The notes beneath the pieces were generated by a model. The model was not told where the DNA came from, did not search any database, and saw only the letters and a program-made list of their open reading frames with translations. 64,000 bases of DNA from Pseudomonadota bacterium (lineage in GTDB: Bacteria; Bdellovibrionota_G; JALEGL01; DATDPG01): NCBI GenBank assembly GCA_043809315.1, contig JAZDDX010000015.1, positions 1-64,000 of the forward strand. Reading direction: 5' to 3'. This document shows positions 26,897 to 37,317 of the stretch, one piece after another. The first letter of the stretch is position 1. The number at the start of each line of letters is the position of its first letter. Position numbers and translations under genes: made by a program.

Positions 26897-29521
26897 ATGG
26901 AGCCGGACCGGGTCGATACGCCGCTGATGCGGCAGTACTGGGAAATCAAGAAGGAGCATCGCGATGCGATCCTTCTCTTCCGCCTCGGGGACTTCTACGA
27001 AATGTTTTTCGACGACGCCGAGGTCGCCTCCCGGATTCTCGACATCGCCCTCACGTCCCGTGACAAGAACTCCGAGAATCCGGTCCCCCTCTGCGGCGTC
27101 CCCCATCACGCCGTCTCCGGTTACATCTCGAAACTTCTCGAGAGCGGTCACAAGGTGGCGATCTGCGATCAGATGGAGGATCCGAAGTTCGCCAAAGGGA
27201 TCGTCAAGCGGGAAGTGGTCCGGGTCATCACGCCGGGGTTGCGGACCGATCTCGAGGGGCTGTCGGCCACCGAACGGAATGCGTTGGTTTCATTGTATGC
27301 CACGGCCACAGGAGTTGCGCTCGGCTGGGTCGATGTCGCGAGCGGTGACTTCCGGGTCACGACCTTTCCGGACGTCTTCTCGGCCGAAAACGAGATCGAT
27401 CGTCTCAACCCCTCCGAGATCCTTCTTCCGGAAGGGGATGGAGGAAAGCCTTTCGAAAGTTGGGTCTCCATCTTTTCCATTTCGTATCCGTCGGTTCATT
27501 TCGAGCGCATCCCGAATTGGGTCTATGACCGAGCGGAGAAAAAGCTCAGCGAGCGGTTCGCGGTGGCGACGCTGGACGGGTTCGGAATCGAAGACATCCC
27601 GCTGACGGCGCCCCCTCTCGCCGCCCTTCTTCATTACGTCGAAGAGAGGAACCACACGCCGCTCCCGCATTTGACCCCGCCCAAGCCGTACTCGGTCGAC
27701 CGGTTCGTCCACCTCGACCCATCCACGCGGGATCACCTCGAGATCTTCCGCTCCCTCGGACGCCCCGGCGACGAGCGGACGTTGTTCGGGATCTTGAACG
27801 AGACGCGGACGTCGATGGGGACGCGGAAACTCAAAGACTGGCTCCATTTTCCGCTGCGGGATGTCCCGGCGATCCGGAAACGGCTGGAGGTGGTGGCGGA
27901 ACTTTCAGAAAACGCGCAGGAACGGGAAGCGATCCGGACGCAGCTTTCCGGTGTCTACGACCTGGAGCGTTTGATCGGCAGAATCGCGAGCGCCCGGGCG
28001 AACCCGAGGGACCTGGTTTCTTTGGTCGGGACACTCCGGGCGGTCGAGATGATCCGGCCGCTCGTTTCCCAGAGCCAAACCGAAAACCTTCACCTGCTCC
28101 TCCCCGTTCTCGATCCTCATTCCGATCTGGTCTCCTGGCTTGAGAAAGGGTTGAGCGATCAGCCGCCGATCACGCTTTCGGAAGGGGGGTCGATCCGGGA
28201 CGGTTTCGACCCCCGCCTCGACGACCTTCGGTACATCAAGAGGAAAGGGAAACAGTGGATCGCGGAACTCGAAGCGAAGGAACGGCAGAGGACCGGCATC
28301 GGCTCGCTTCGGGTCGGATACAACCGTGTCTTCGGGTATTACATCGAGGCCACCAACGCGAACCTTGCCAAGGTTCCGGCCGACTATCAGCGGAAACAGA
28401 CGCTGACGAACGGGGAGCGGTTCGTCACGCCGGAGCTCAAAGAGGAAGAGGCGAAGATCCTCGGAGCCGAGGAGAAGATCGCGGCGCTCGAGCAGGAGAT
28501 CTTCGAGGGACTCCGACAGAAGGTGGTCGAGTCGATGCGTTCGATCCAACGGTTGGCCGACGCTTTGGCCGAAATCGACGTCTACGCCTCCTTATCCCGC
28601 GCCGCCGTCCGGAATCGATATGTCCGGCCGGAGGTCGACGAGAGCGACCGGATCGAGATCCGAGCCGGGCGCCATCCGGTGGTGGAGCGTTTCATTGGGG
28701 AGCCCCCGTTCGTTCCGAACGACACCCTTCTCGATTGCGACGACCGCCAGCTGATCATCCTGACCGGGCCGAACATGGCGGGGAAATCGACGATCATGCG
28801 GCAGGTGGCGTTAATCGTTTTACTGGCGCAGATCGGGTCGTTCGTCCCGGCCGAAGAGGCCCGGATCGGCGTGGTCGATCGGATCTTCACCCGGGTTGGC
28901 GCTTCCGACGATCTCTCCCGCGGGCGTTCGACCTTCATGGTGGAGATGAGCGAGACGGCGAACATCCTCCGGAACGCGACGAAGCGATCGCTCATCCTTC
29001 TGGATGAGATCGGCCGGGGGACGAGCACGTTCGACGGCCTGTCGATCGCCTGGGCTGTGGCAGAGGAAATCCACGACCGGATCGGGGCGAAGACGATCTT
29101 TGCCACGCATTATCACGAGCTGACCGACCTTGCTCGGACGAAGGCGCGGGTTCGGAACATGAACGTCACGGTGCGCGAGTGGGGGGAGCAGATCCTCTTC
29201 CTGCGCACGCTTGCGGAAGGGGCGGTAAACCGGAGCTACGGGATCGCCGTGGCGAAGCTGGCCGGGGTGTTCCCCTCCGTGACGGATCGCGCGCGGGAGA
29301 TCCTGGCGAACCTGGAACGGAGCGAGCTCGACGCGACCGGTTCCCCCGTTCTGGCCCGACGCGAATCGGCCGTGCCGGCACAAACGGCTCAACTCGAACT
29401 GTTCCGGCGAATGGCGGACGATCTGTGGGAGGAACTCAAGCGGATCGATCCCGACAAGATGACACCGAAAGAGGCGCACGACCTCCTTTTCGCGTGGCGG
29501 CAGCGCTATCACAAGGCCTGA
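26897..29521 (+). CDS. mutS: DNA mismatch repair protein MutS
   Basis: TPLMRQY, FRLGDFYEMF, TGPNMAGKST, STFMVEM, DEIGRGTS, FATHYHEL. Confidence 0.98.
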   Translation: MEPDRVDTPLMRQYWEIKKEHRDAILLFRLGDFYEMFFDDAEVASRILDIALTSRDKNSENPVPLCGVPHHAVSGYISKLLESGHKVAICDQMEDPKFAKGIVKREVVRVITPGLRTDLEGLSATERNALVSLYATATGVALGWVDVASGDFRVTTFPDVFSAENEIDRLNPSEILLPEGDGGKPFESWVSIFSISYPSVHFERIPNWVYDRAEKKLSERFAVATLDGFGIEDIPLTAPPLAALLHYVEERNHTPLPHLTPPKPYSVDRFVHLDPSTRDHLEIFRSLGRPGDERTLFGILNETRTSMGTRKLKDWLHFPLRDVPAIRKRLEVVAELSENAQEREAIRTQLSGVYDLERLIGRIASARANPRDLVSLVGTLRAVEMIRPLVSQSQTENLHLLLPVLDPHSDLVSWLEKGLSDQPPITLSEGGSIRDGFDPRLDDLRYIKRKGKQWIAELEAKERQRTGIGSLRVGYNRVFGYYIEATNANLAKVPADYQRKQTLTNGERFVTPELKEEEAKILGAEEKIAALEQEIFEGLRQKVVESMRSIQRLADALAEIDVYASLSRAAVRNRYVRPEVDESDRIEIRAGRHPVVERFIGEPPFVPNDTLLDCDDRQLIILTGPNMAGKSTIMRQVALIVLLAQIGSFVPAEEARIGVVDRIFTRVGASDDLSRGRSTFMVEMSETANILRNATKRSLILLDEIGRGTSTFDGLSIAWAVAEEIHDRIGAKTIFATHYHELTDLARTKARVRNMNVTVREWGEQILFLRTLAEGAVNRSYGIAVAKLAGVFPSVTDRAREILANLERSELDATGSPVLARRESAVPAQTAQLELFRRMADDLWEELKRIDPDKMTPKEAHDLLFAWRQRYHKA

Positions 29522-29546
29522 ACCGATGCTATCATGAGCCGTTCCG

Positions 29547-31253
29547 ATGACGAGAAGGGCGTGGATTGCGATTCCGTTGCTGCTCGGGATCTCGGTTCCG
29601 TTTGCAGAGGCCGCGAACTCCTCGGCTCTCTTTGACCGGGGGAGAGCCCGGTATCTCTCCGCCAAGACGATTCAGTCTCCGAGAATGAAGCGGACGGCCT
29701 ACCTCCGCGCCGCCGGTGAGTTGAAGGAGTTCCTCGACCGTTATCCGAACAACCCTTCCGCGGCTACAGCCCTGTTCGATCTCGGTTCGATCTACCGGGA
29801 CCTTGCCGTGGCGTGGATGGACCGGGATGACGCGGGGCGGGCGCTCCATTACTACCGCAACCTGGTGCGGAAATCGCCGGGCGACCCGCGGGCCGACGAT
29901 GCCGTCTACGAGGAGGGCTTGATCTGCGAAAAGGTCTTCCAAGACCTGAAGTGCCGGGACGAAGCGTTCGATCGGATCCGGGCTTTGTACCCGGCCGGGG
30001 ACGTCGTGCGGCGCCTGCCGGCAAAAACCGTCGCCGGTTCCTCCGCCGCGCCGGCTTCCCGCGTGATTCCGTCCGCACCTTCCCCCACCGTTCGTTCGAG
30101 AGCGGAGATCGATTCGGTCACCTTCGTCGCCGAGGAGCCCAGCTACCTGCTGACGGTCACCCTCGACAGCTCTCCAACAATCTCTTCCGGGTTCATTCCG
30201 GCCATTCCCGAACAGAACCTCCCGACCCGGTATTACATCGATATCGAGAATGCACATCTCCCGACAACGCTTAAGCCTCCGGGGATTCCGGAGAATGCCC
30301 CCGTAACGTCGGTTCGCCTGGGACAGAACACGATGGAGACGGTTCGGGTCGTTCTCGACCTTTCGGCCTCTTTAACCCCGGGGGATGTCACGGCGGAAAC
30401 CGAAGGGAGTTCGGTGAAACTTACGTTCCGGCCCGCCGCTCTTGTGCAGGGGACGATGATGCCGACGATCGCTCCCACGCCGGTTCCGGCTCCCGAGAAG
30501 GTCGTCGCCCCGATCGTCCCGCGCCGGATGAAGATCGTGGTCGATCCGGGGCATGGCGGGGAGGATACCGGCGCCCGAGGGCGAAGAGGGACGCTCGAGA
30601 AGGATGTCGCGCTGGCGATCGGCAAGAAGCTCGACGCGCTGCTTTCGAAGTCACCGCATTACGAAGTTTTCATGACCCGGACGGAGGATCGGGCGCTGGC
30701 CCTCGGGGACCGGACGAACTTCGCGAACCGGGTCGCCGGGGATCTGTTCGTGTCGATTCACGCGAACGCGGCGCCGCGCCGTGCCGCCCGAGGGGTTTCG
30801 ACCTACCTGTTGGACAATGCGGATGATGAAGAATCGCTCCGCGTCGCCCGGCAGGAGAACGGCGAGCTGGCCGTGCCGCAAACCGGAACTTCGGGGAAGT
30901 CGGAGGAGTACTACCTCGAGGTGATGAAAGCCTCGATGATTAAGAACTTCCACACCACGCAGTCGGTCGATCTCGCGCGGAACGTTCAGAGCGAACTGGT
31001 CTCCTCGCTCAAGAAGGGACGTTGGGAGACGGAAGATCTCGGGGTTCGGAGAGCCGGGTTCTACGTGTTAACCGGGGCCAAGATGCCGGCGGTTTTGGTC
31101 GAGACCTCGTTTATTTCAAATCCCACGGAGGAACAGCATCTTCGAGATCCGCGCTACCAGGAGAGGGTTGCCCAGGCGATTTTCCGGGGGATCGAGCGGT
31201 TCTTTACCGCCCTCGCCCGCGAACTGAGCCACGCCCGCTTGTATCGACCGTAG
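29547..31253 (+). CDS. N-acetylmuramoyl-L-alanine amidase (TPR + AMIN + Amidase_3)
   Basis: Signal peptide; VRVVLDL (AMIN); DPGHGGED, SIHAN, VLVETSFISN. Confidence 0.93.
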   Translation: MTRRAWIAIPLLLGISVPFAEAANSSALFDRGRARYLSAKTIQSPRMKRTAYLRAAGELKEFLDRYPNNPSAATALFDLGSIYRDLAVAWMDRDDAGRALHYYRNLVRKSPGDPRADDAVYEEGLICEKVFQDLKCRDEAFDRIRALYPAGDVVRRLPAKTVAGSSAAPASRVIPSAPSPTVRSRAEIDSVTFVAEEPSYLLTVTLDSSPTISSGFIPAIPEQNLPTRYYIDIENAHLPTTLKPPGIPENAPVTSVRLGQNTMETVRVVLDLSASLTPGDVTAETEGSSVKLTFRPAALVQGTMMPTIAPTPVPAPEKVVAPIVPRRMKIVVDPGHGGEDTGARGRRGTLEKDVALAIGKKLDALLSKSPHYEVFMTRTEDRALALGDRTNFANRVAGDLFVSIHANAAPRRAARGVSTYLLDNADDEESLRVARQENGELAVPQTGTSGKSEEYYLEVMKASMIKNFHTTQSVDLARNVQSELVSSLKKGRWETEDLGVRRAGFYVLTGAKMPAVLVETSFISNPTEEQHLRDPRYQERVAQAIFRGIERFFTALARELSHARLYRP

Positions 31254-31259
31254 ACGGTC

Positions 31260-32090
31260 TTAGCCGCAATCGCCCGAGCTGAACAACCCCGGGGCGCCGC
31301 AGTCCCCTTCCCAGGGGGCGACTTGCGTCAACCCGTTCTGGTCGACCGCGCCGCTGATCTTGACGTGGTAGCGGGCCAACGGATCGAACAGATCCGGATC
31401 GTCACACCCGATCGTAACACCCACATAATCGAACTCCGTGGTGAAGAAGAACCAGGGTTCGCCAAAGAATCTGCCGTTGGTAAGCCAGTCGATCCCGAGC
31501 GTGGTCTCGGTGACGTTCACCTTCGGTAAACCCCCGATCTCGTCCAGATCTTCGGAATACTCGATGACGAACGTGAGACAGCCGTCCGAGGTATCGATCC
31601 AAACCGATCTCACGGCGGGAGCCACGCCGGGAGTTACCCGGGACCCGACTCCATCGGTCGAGAAAAGGAGAGTGAAGCTCTGAACCATCGTTTTTCCGCT
31701 GACCGAACGGACGCTCGACCCGAGAGTCAATCGGTAACTCGCGCCGACGGAAAGAAGGTTGTGCGGTATGAAGTCGACTTCCAGGTTCGCGTTGGTCATC
31801 GTGACGTCGAAATCCGTGGTCACGTCGGTGGCCGCGCCCCCCACGATCCGGGTGATTTTGTATGCGTTCGCGAGGCTGGCCGGGTCGACCGGTTCCGTGA
31901 ACCCAACCCGGATCATCGTATTCGTTTCCACACCGTAGTCCCCATTCCGTGGTTCTGAATCGGGAACCCCGAATCCACCCAGCGTATTGTAGAAGTCGCC
32001 GAGGGCTCGGGAGTTGGTTTTACTGCACCCGGCCGCCAGAACGATCAACGCCGCGAGGGTTGTTACGGTACGGAATCTTTTAGTCCACAT
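31260..32090 (-). CDS. Lipoprotein with Ig-like (Big_5) domain
   Basis: Lipobox AAGC; IRVGFTEPVDPAS..P..L..GASYRLTL..VRS..G; SD GAGGAG. Confidence 0.8.
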   Translation of the reverse strand: MWTKRFRTVTTLAALIVLAAGCSKTNSRALGDFYNTLGGFGVPDSEPRNGDYGVETNTMIRVGFTEPVDPASLANAYKITRIVGGAATDVTTDFDVTMTNANLEVDFIPHNLLSVGASYRLTLGSSVRSVSGKTMVQSFTLLFSTDGVGSRVTPGVAPAVRSVWIDTSDGCLTFVIEYSEDLDEIGGLPKVNVTETTLGIDWLTNGRFFGEPWFFFTTEFDYVGVTIGCDDPDLFDPLARYHVKISGAVDQNGLTQVAPWEGDCGAPGLFSSGDCG

Positions 32091-32119
32091 AGTCATCTCC
32101 TCTTTCACACCCAGATATC

Positions 32120-32136
32120 CGCAAGGCATGTGCCAA
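32120..32136 (-). promoter_or_regulatory. sigma54 -24/-12 promoter
   Basis: Minus strand TTGGCACATGCCTTGCG. Confidence 0.75.
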
Positions 32137-32251
32137 AGTGCCGTTTTGATAACATACTATTATTATTGCATAGTATGTTTACGCCACGCGCAATATTGGG
32201 TGCCGAAACTGAGGCAGTGCCGCCGGCCTGCCCCATCTGTTTCTCACCGTT

Positions 32252-33268
32252 CTAGATCGACCCGAGGTAGGGAAGGCCGGTTTCCCGGACCACCTCTTCC
32301 GGAGATTGGAAATAGCGCAGGCGCCAACTGGAGAACTTCTTCCGGCGGAATCCGGCAAACAGGAGCGCCCCGAGTGGGACCGACCAGGGGAGATGGTCGG
32401 GGGTCCGGAGGGGACGGATCGGTCGAGCGGTCGGGAGAGCCGCCAACTGAATGCCGTCGGGGTCTGCGATGATCGAAGCGTTTTTTTCGGCCGCCAGAAG
32501 CGTGTTCCAAGACGTGACCTGCGTGCGCGCCAGATCGATCCGGCCGCGCAGTTCGGGAAGGATCTCTTCGAGCTTCATCTTCCGGTCGAGCGGGACGGAT
32601 GCCGTCACGATCTCCCGGTCGATTCCGTCGAGGCGCGCCGAAAGTGTTCGCATGATTCCGACGACCTCTTGCCGCTTTTTCTCGAAACGCACCTTCGTTT
32701 CGTCGGCGACCCGGTTCGGGATTGCCTCTTCCAGAATCTCAAGCTGTCTCTTCCGGTTCTCGAGGTCCGATTCGACGATTGCTCGCTCCCCTCTCAATTT
32801 GTCGATCCGGCGTTGCGCGGGGACCGTCTGGAGCTCGAGTTCCTTTATCTCCCGATCGTATCCGGCGAATTCGTCGTTCCAGGCCGTCAGTTTCGCCCGC
32901 GTCTCCCGCAGACGGTTCTTGAGCACGGCAATGTCGATCCATCCGATCCGGCCCGGGATGGTGCTGGAGAGAATCCTCGAGAGGGCCAGCGCATCGGTGC
33001 GACGGTGCACCGTGGCCGAGCACTCGACTTGGAGCGCGGTCGGGGTTTCCGAACAGTGCACCGGGTCGGGCACGTTGATCGGAAGGTCCTCCTTTTGAAG
33101 CTCGGTCCGGATGGCGGAGGTGACGTATTGAGGAAGATCGCCGGCTCCGGAACTCCTGGAAAGTTTGTACAGCTGCCGAACCCGGTGAGCGGCGGGGATC
33201 GAGTGCATCAGGGCGGCCGACAGAAAACAGCAGAACAAGAATTCGACGGCGGAGCGTTTACCCCCCAT
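32252..33268 (-). CDS. Membrane-anchored coiled-coil protein (Wzz/GumC-like layout)
   Basis: N-terminal TM, long coiled coil, Pro-rich P..P.RP, second TM, SPEEV..TGLPYLGSI tail. Confidence 0.6.
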   Translation of the reverse strand: MGGKRSAVEFLFCCFLSAALMHSIPAAHRVRQLYKLSRSSGAGDLPQYVTSAIRTELQKEDLPINVPDPVHCSETPTALQVECSATVHRRTDALALSRILSSTIPGRIGWIDIAVLKNRLRETRAKLTAWNDEFAGYDREIKELELQTVPAQRRIDKLRGERAIVESDLENRKRQLEILEEAIPNRVADETKVRFEKKRQEVVGIMRTLSARLDGIDREIVTASVPLDRKMKLEEILPELRGRIDLARTQVTSWNTLLAAEKNASIIADPDGIQLAALPTARPIRPLRTPDHLPWSVPLGALLFAGFRRKKFSSWRLRYFQSPEEVVRETGLPYLGSI

Positions 33269-34799
33269 GTCGCCGTTCCTTCCGCAGCACCACGAAGAGC
33301 AGAAGAACGAGCATGAGGAGGGGGATCAGGTACGGGTGCCGGACGTAAAATGTCCGTTCCGTCGATGGAGCGATATCGGCGGTCACGAACCCCCTTGTAA
33401 AGAACCGGGTGGGGGTGTGGATCCGTCCGACCGGGTCGAACCAGGTCGTGATGCCGGTGTTGGCTGAGCGGACCACCGGTCGGCGGGTTTCGACCGCCCG
33501 AAGCAGACCGAACCGGACATGCTGGTACGGACCCGAGGTTTGATCGAACCAGGCGTCGTTCGTGATGTTGACGAGAAAGGTCGCGCCCCGGTCGACGAAA
33601 TCGAGCGACAGATCCGGGAAGATGATCTCGTAACAGATCAGGATCCCGAAAGGATGCCCGTTCACCTCGGCGAGGATCGGTTTCGACCCGGCCCGGAAAT
33701 TCCCCGCGACGGGCGGGACGATGTATCGCATCGGGAGAAGATCGGAGAACGGAACGTACTCCCCGAACGGCACGAGATGCTGCTTGTCGTACCGGAAGCG
33801 GACCCCTCCGTCCGGCCCGATCACCAGCGCCGAGTTCCAGAACGCGATCTCGTTTTCCTGCCCGGAAGCGGTGGCGACTCCGGTGAGCAGTTGGGAGCGG
33901 CCAATCCATTTTCCGATGGCCGGGAGGGTGCGGATATCGCGGGGGAGGGTGAAGGGGAGGGCGGCTTCCGGCCAGACGATGAGGTCCGGGGCCACCCGTA
34001 ACGCTTCCCCGGTCAGCGTCCGGTAGTTCTCGAGAATCTCCCGTTCCTGTTCCGGATCGAGCTTCAGGTTTTCGGCGACGTTCCCCTGGAGGAGGGCCAC
34101 GCGAACTCGATCCGTCGGCTCCGGTTGGGCACGGCGAGTCCGGATTTCGAGGATCCCGTAGGTCAACAGAACCAGAAAGAGCACTGCAGCCGAACCGGGC
34201 AAGAGGCGAGGAAGAGGCCGTCGCTCACGACGGGCGATCACCAGCTCCGCCAACGCGAAGTTTGTGAAGAAGATGACGAGATTCAATCCGGTGACACCGA
34301 TCCGATCGGCCGCCTGCACCAGATAGAGGCTCCCGGCCAATGCGTTCGCGGGGGCGGCCCAGGGGAACCCCCCGAAAGGAACGTAGACCCGGACCCACTC
34401 CATGAGGGTGAAGAAAAGCGTCCCGGTGAGCCAGGCCGGGGCCCGGTTCCGGAAGACGGCGGTGGCGAATGCAGCCAAGGCCGAGTACGTCGCGAGAGCC
34501 AGAATCATGAGAGCCATGATTCCCCCGGACAGTAAGATCGAAAGTCCGCCGTATTTCTTCATCGCGATGATGATCCAGAAGAGGATCGCCCCATTCGCGA
34601 TCACTCCGAACCCGAACGTTTTCCGAAAGCTTTCCGCGGGGGGGAGCCCGCGCAACAGGACGAACAACGGGACGAACGCGAACCAGATCACCGTTGCGGA
34701 GACCCAGTCCGGGATCAGGTTGGCGGAGTGAAAGGCGAAGGGGTAGGACAGAAAATAGAGAAACGCGCTCAAGAGGAGTGCATCCAGTTTAGAGAACAC
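33258..34799 (-). CDS. lnt: Apolipoprotein N-acyltransferase
   Basis: GGFPW, QGNV, WPEAA, YDKQHLVPFGEY, ICYE, NITNDAWF, RSANTG. Confidence 0.96.
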   Translation of the reverse strand: MFSKLDALLLSAFLYFLSYPFAFHSANLIPDWVSATVIWFAFVPLFVLLRGLPPAESFRKTFGFGVIANGAILFWIIIAMKKYGGLSILLSGGIMALMILALATYSALAAFATAVFRNRAPAWLTGTLFFTLMEWVRVYVPFGGFPWAAPANALAGSLYLVQAADRIGVTGLNLVIFFTNFALAELVIARRERRPLPRLLPGSAAVLFLVLLTYGILEIRTRRAQPEPTDRVRVALLQGNVAENLKLDPEQEREILENYRTLTGEALRVAPDLIVWPEAALPFTLPRDIRTLPAIGKWIGRSQLLTGVATASGQENEIAFWNSALVIGPDGGVRFRYDKQHLVPFGEYVPFSDLLPMRYIVPPVAGNFRAGSKPILAEVNGHPFGILICYEIIFPDLSLDFVDRGATFLVNITNDAWFDQTSGPYQHVRFGLLRAVETRRPVVRSANTGITTWFDPVGRIHTPTRFFTRGFVTADIAPSTERTFYVRHPYLIPLLMLVLLLFVVLRKERRHGG

Positions 34800-35229
34800 G
34801 GGACACCTTCGGGAAAAGGCGGGCTTGAAGGCGGGTCATCCGGGCGGCCTCTCTGGGACCCGCGTGATCGTACCCCAGCAGATGAAGGAGCCCGTGAACG
34901 GCGAGCAACCCGCACTCGTCACGGAGGGGAACTCCTTCCCGACGGGCCTGGCGCCGGGCGGTCGGAACGGAGATCGCGATGTCACCCAAAAGAAGACGCC
35001 CCCTCTTGCGATGGGCCTGACCCTGGGGGAAGGAGAGGACATCGGTCGGCCGGCGGATCTTCCGGTACGTTCCGTTCCATGCGGCGATCGCGCGATCCGA
35101 GGTGAGGAGGAGGGAGACGTCCGCATCCCGGATCTTCAAGAGACGCAACGATCTCAGGAGAGTGTTCCGGAGCGCGCGGACCAGCGCCGCGGCGTTTCCG
35201 ATTTCATCTGCCACCCAAACCCGGTTCAA
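34789..35229 (-). CDS. ybeY: rRNA maturation endoribonuclease YbeY
   Basis: PTDVLSF, LGDIAIS, HGLLHLLGYDH. Confidence 0.95.
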   Translation of the reverse strand: MNRVWVADEIGNAAALVRALRNTLLRSLRLLKIRDADVSLLLTSDRAIAAWNGTYRKIRRPTDVLSFPQGQAHRKRGRLLLGDIAISVPTARRQARREGVPLRDECGLLAVHGLLHLLGYDHAGPREAARMTRLQARLFPKVSRVL

Positions 35230-35232
35230 CGG

Positions 35233-36192
35233 TCAACCCTGCGGGTTCTCCGCCGCGTCGTAGGCGCGGACGATCCGTTGCACGAGCGGATGGCGTACGA
35301 CGTCCGCATCGGTGAAACGAACGAACGCGATCCCTTCGATCGATTTCAGGAGGTCGAGCGCTTCGACGAGGCCGGAGGATCTCCCCCCCGGCAAGTCGAT
35401 CTGCGTGATGTCTCCCGTGATGACCGCCTTCGAATCGAAACCGAGACGGGTCAAGAACATCTTCATCTGCTCCGACGTCGTGTTTTGCGCCTCGTCGAGG
35501 ATCACGAACGCGTTGTTCAGCGTGCGGCCGCGCATGAAGGCCAGCGGTGCGACCTCGATCACCCCCCGCTCGACCAGCTTCTGCGCTTTTTCGAATTCCA
35601 TCATGTCATGGAGGGCGTCGTAGAGCGGGCGAAGATACGGGTTCACCTTCTCCGCGAGATCCCCCGGCAGGAACCCGAGTTTCTCCCCTGCCTCGACGGC
35701 GGGGCGGGTCAGGATGATCCGGTCGATCTGTTTCGCCAGCAGGGCCGACACCGCCATCGCCATCGCGAGATAGGTCTTGCCGGTGCCGGCGGGACCCCAG
35801 CTGAAGACGATGTCGTGCGTCCGGATCGCATCGGCATAGATCTTCTGCGTCCGGGTCTTCGGTGTGACGTGCTGGTGACGTGCCGAAACGCCGATCTGAT
35901 CCAGGAAGATGTCGGATAAGCACTGCGACGGGTCGTGCTCCAGCAGACGGATCGAGATCTCCACATCGGCCGGTTTGAGCGGATACCCGCGTTTCACGAC
36001 ATCGTAGAGTTCGCGCACGATCCGAAGCGCGAGCTGGCACTTCTCCGGTGTCCCCCGGAACGTGAGTTGGCTCCCCCGAACGAGGATCTGGATCGCCAGG
36101 GCGCGCTCGATCTGGTCGATGTGGCGGTCCTTCTCGCCGAAGACGACGCGCGCGAGGTTCGTGTCTTCGAGCTGCAACGTAGGTTCAGTCAT
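35233..36192 (-). CDS. phoH: PhoH-like ATPase (YbeZ)
   Basis: [50 protein letters not shown]. Confidence 0.96.
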   Translation of the reverse strand: MTEPTLQLEDTNLARVVFGEKDRHIDQIERALAIQILVRGSQLTFRGTPEKCQLALRIVRELYDVVKRGYPLKPADVEISIRLLEHDPSQCLSDIFLDQIGVSARHQHVTPKTRTQKIYADAIRTHDIVFSWGPAGTGKTYLAMAMAVSALLAKQIDRIILTRPAVEAGEKLGFLPGDLAEKVNPYLRPLYDALHDMMEFEKAQKLVERGVIEVAPLAFMRGRTLNNAFVILDEAQNTTSEQMKMFLTRLGFDSKAVITGDITQIDLPGGRSSGLVEALDLLKSIEGIAFVRFTDADVVRHPLVQRIVRAYDAAENPQG

Positions 36193-37315
36193 GCACTTCG
36201 TCCCAAAAGATCATCGTGTAACGTTCTCCTTTGCTCGTATATTTCCACCCCGCGGACTCTTCCGGCGGTTCGAGTGCCCCCAGCGACGCGGGGTATTCCC
36301 CGTTTTCCAGTCGATAGAGTTCGAGACGTGTCTGGATTCGCCTCTTCTGTTCCTCGGCACGTAGCCGGCCGATCGAATAGACGTCCCGATAGATCTGTCC
36401 CGCCCCCGCGCGGAACTCCCCGAATCGACTATTCCAGTGGGAGCTGACGCCGAACGCACCGATCGGTACGAGAAGCGATAAACCGAAGACGAGAAGGAGG
36501 AACCGGTACGCCCCGGCGAACCAGACCGTCAGGTTCTCCGGTTGGGAGTGGGAGAGCTTCGTGTCGATCCGTGTTTGGGAAAGGGACTCGAGTTTGGCGA
36601 CCAGGCCGCGTTCGAGCAGTCCGGCCACGGCCCGACAAGCATCAAAGGTTCCCAGGCGGCTCAGGTAGATGACTTCCTGGAGGGAGCGGTGTCCGTCGAG
36701 AAGGCGGAGAACCCGGACCTCCTCGGGCGAAAAGGAGGCTTCCTTTTCCGGTTCCTGCGTTTCCTCGAGGTCGGCGGGATCGACCAGCGAACGGAAGACG
36801 TTCTCGGTAGCACCGATCTTCCGGACGACCCCCGGCCACTCGTCGAGCATCCGAAAGCAGTCCATCAGGGCCCCTTCGGCCGCTTGCGTTTTGATGATCG
36901 TTTTGTTGTACCGGATCTGTTCCGGCGTGAATTTGTACAGGCCGTCCTTCCATTGGAAGAGGCGGAACAGCACCTCTTTGAGCTGGAGGGCGACGAACTC
37001 CCCGAGTGTCGCGGGGCTGATCGATCCCATGCCGATCAGGATGTCCCCGAGACTTCGTAGCGAGGTCTTCTGATCCTCGACGGCTGCGTCGAGTTGGTCG
37101 GAAGTGATCGCTCCGGCGCGCAAGAGCATGGTTCCCAGAAGGAATTCCTGGTCGCTCTTCCGGAACGTTCCCAGAACGAGCCGCCCGGCATCGAAAACGA
37201 CGTGAGCCTCCCGATCCTTCGTGCGCACGGCGAGCGACCCCGACTTCTGCTGCTGGCCGATCAGCTGGACGATGTCGGCGATCGCGAAATCTTTCAAGGT
37301 TCCTTGGAGTGCCAT
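36185..37315 (-). CDS. DUF4388 domain protein with C-terminal TM and GspG-C-like tail
   Basis: [50 protein letters not shown]. Confidence 0.85.
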   Translation of the reverse strand: MALQGTLKDFAIADIVQLIGQQQKSGSLAVRTKDREAHVVFDAGRLVLGTFRKSDQEFLLGTMLLRAGAITSDQLDAAVEDQKTSLRSLGDILIGMGSISPATLGEFVALQLKEVLFRLFQWKDGLYKFTPEQIRYNKTIIKTQAAEGALMDCFRMLDEWPGVVRKIGATENVFRSLVDPADLEETQEPEKEASFSPEEVRVLRLLDGHRSLQEVIYLSRLGTFDACRAVAGLLERGLVAKLESLSQTRIDTKLSHSQPENLTVWFAGAYRFLLLVFGLSLLVPIGAFGVSSHWNSRFGEFRAGAGQIYRDVYSIGRLRAEEQKRRIQTRLELYRLENGEYPASLGALEPPEESAGWKYTSKGERYTMIFWDEVHD

Positions 37316-37317
37316 CG

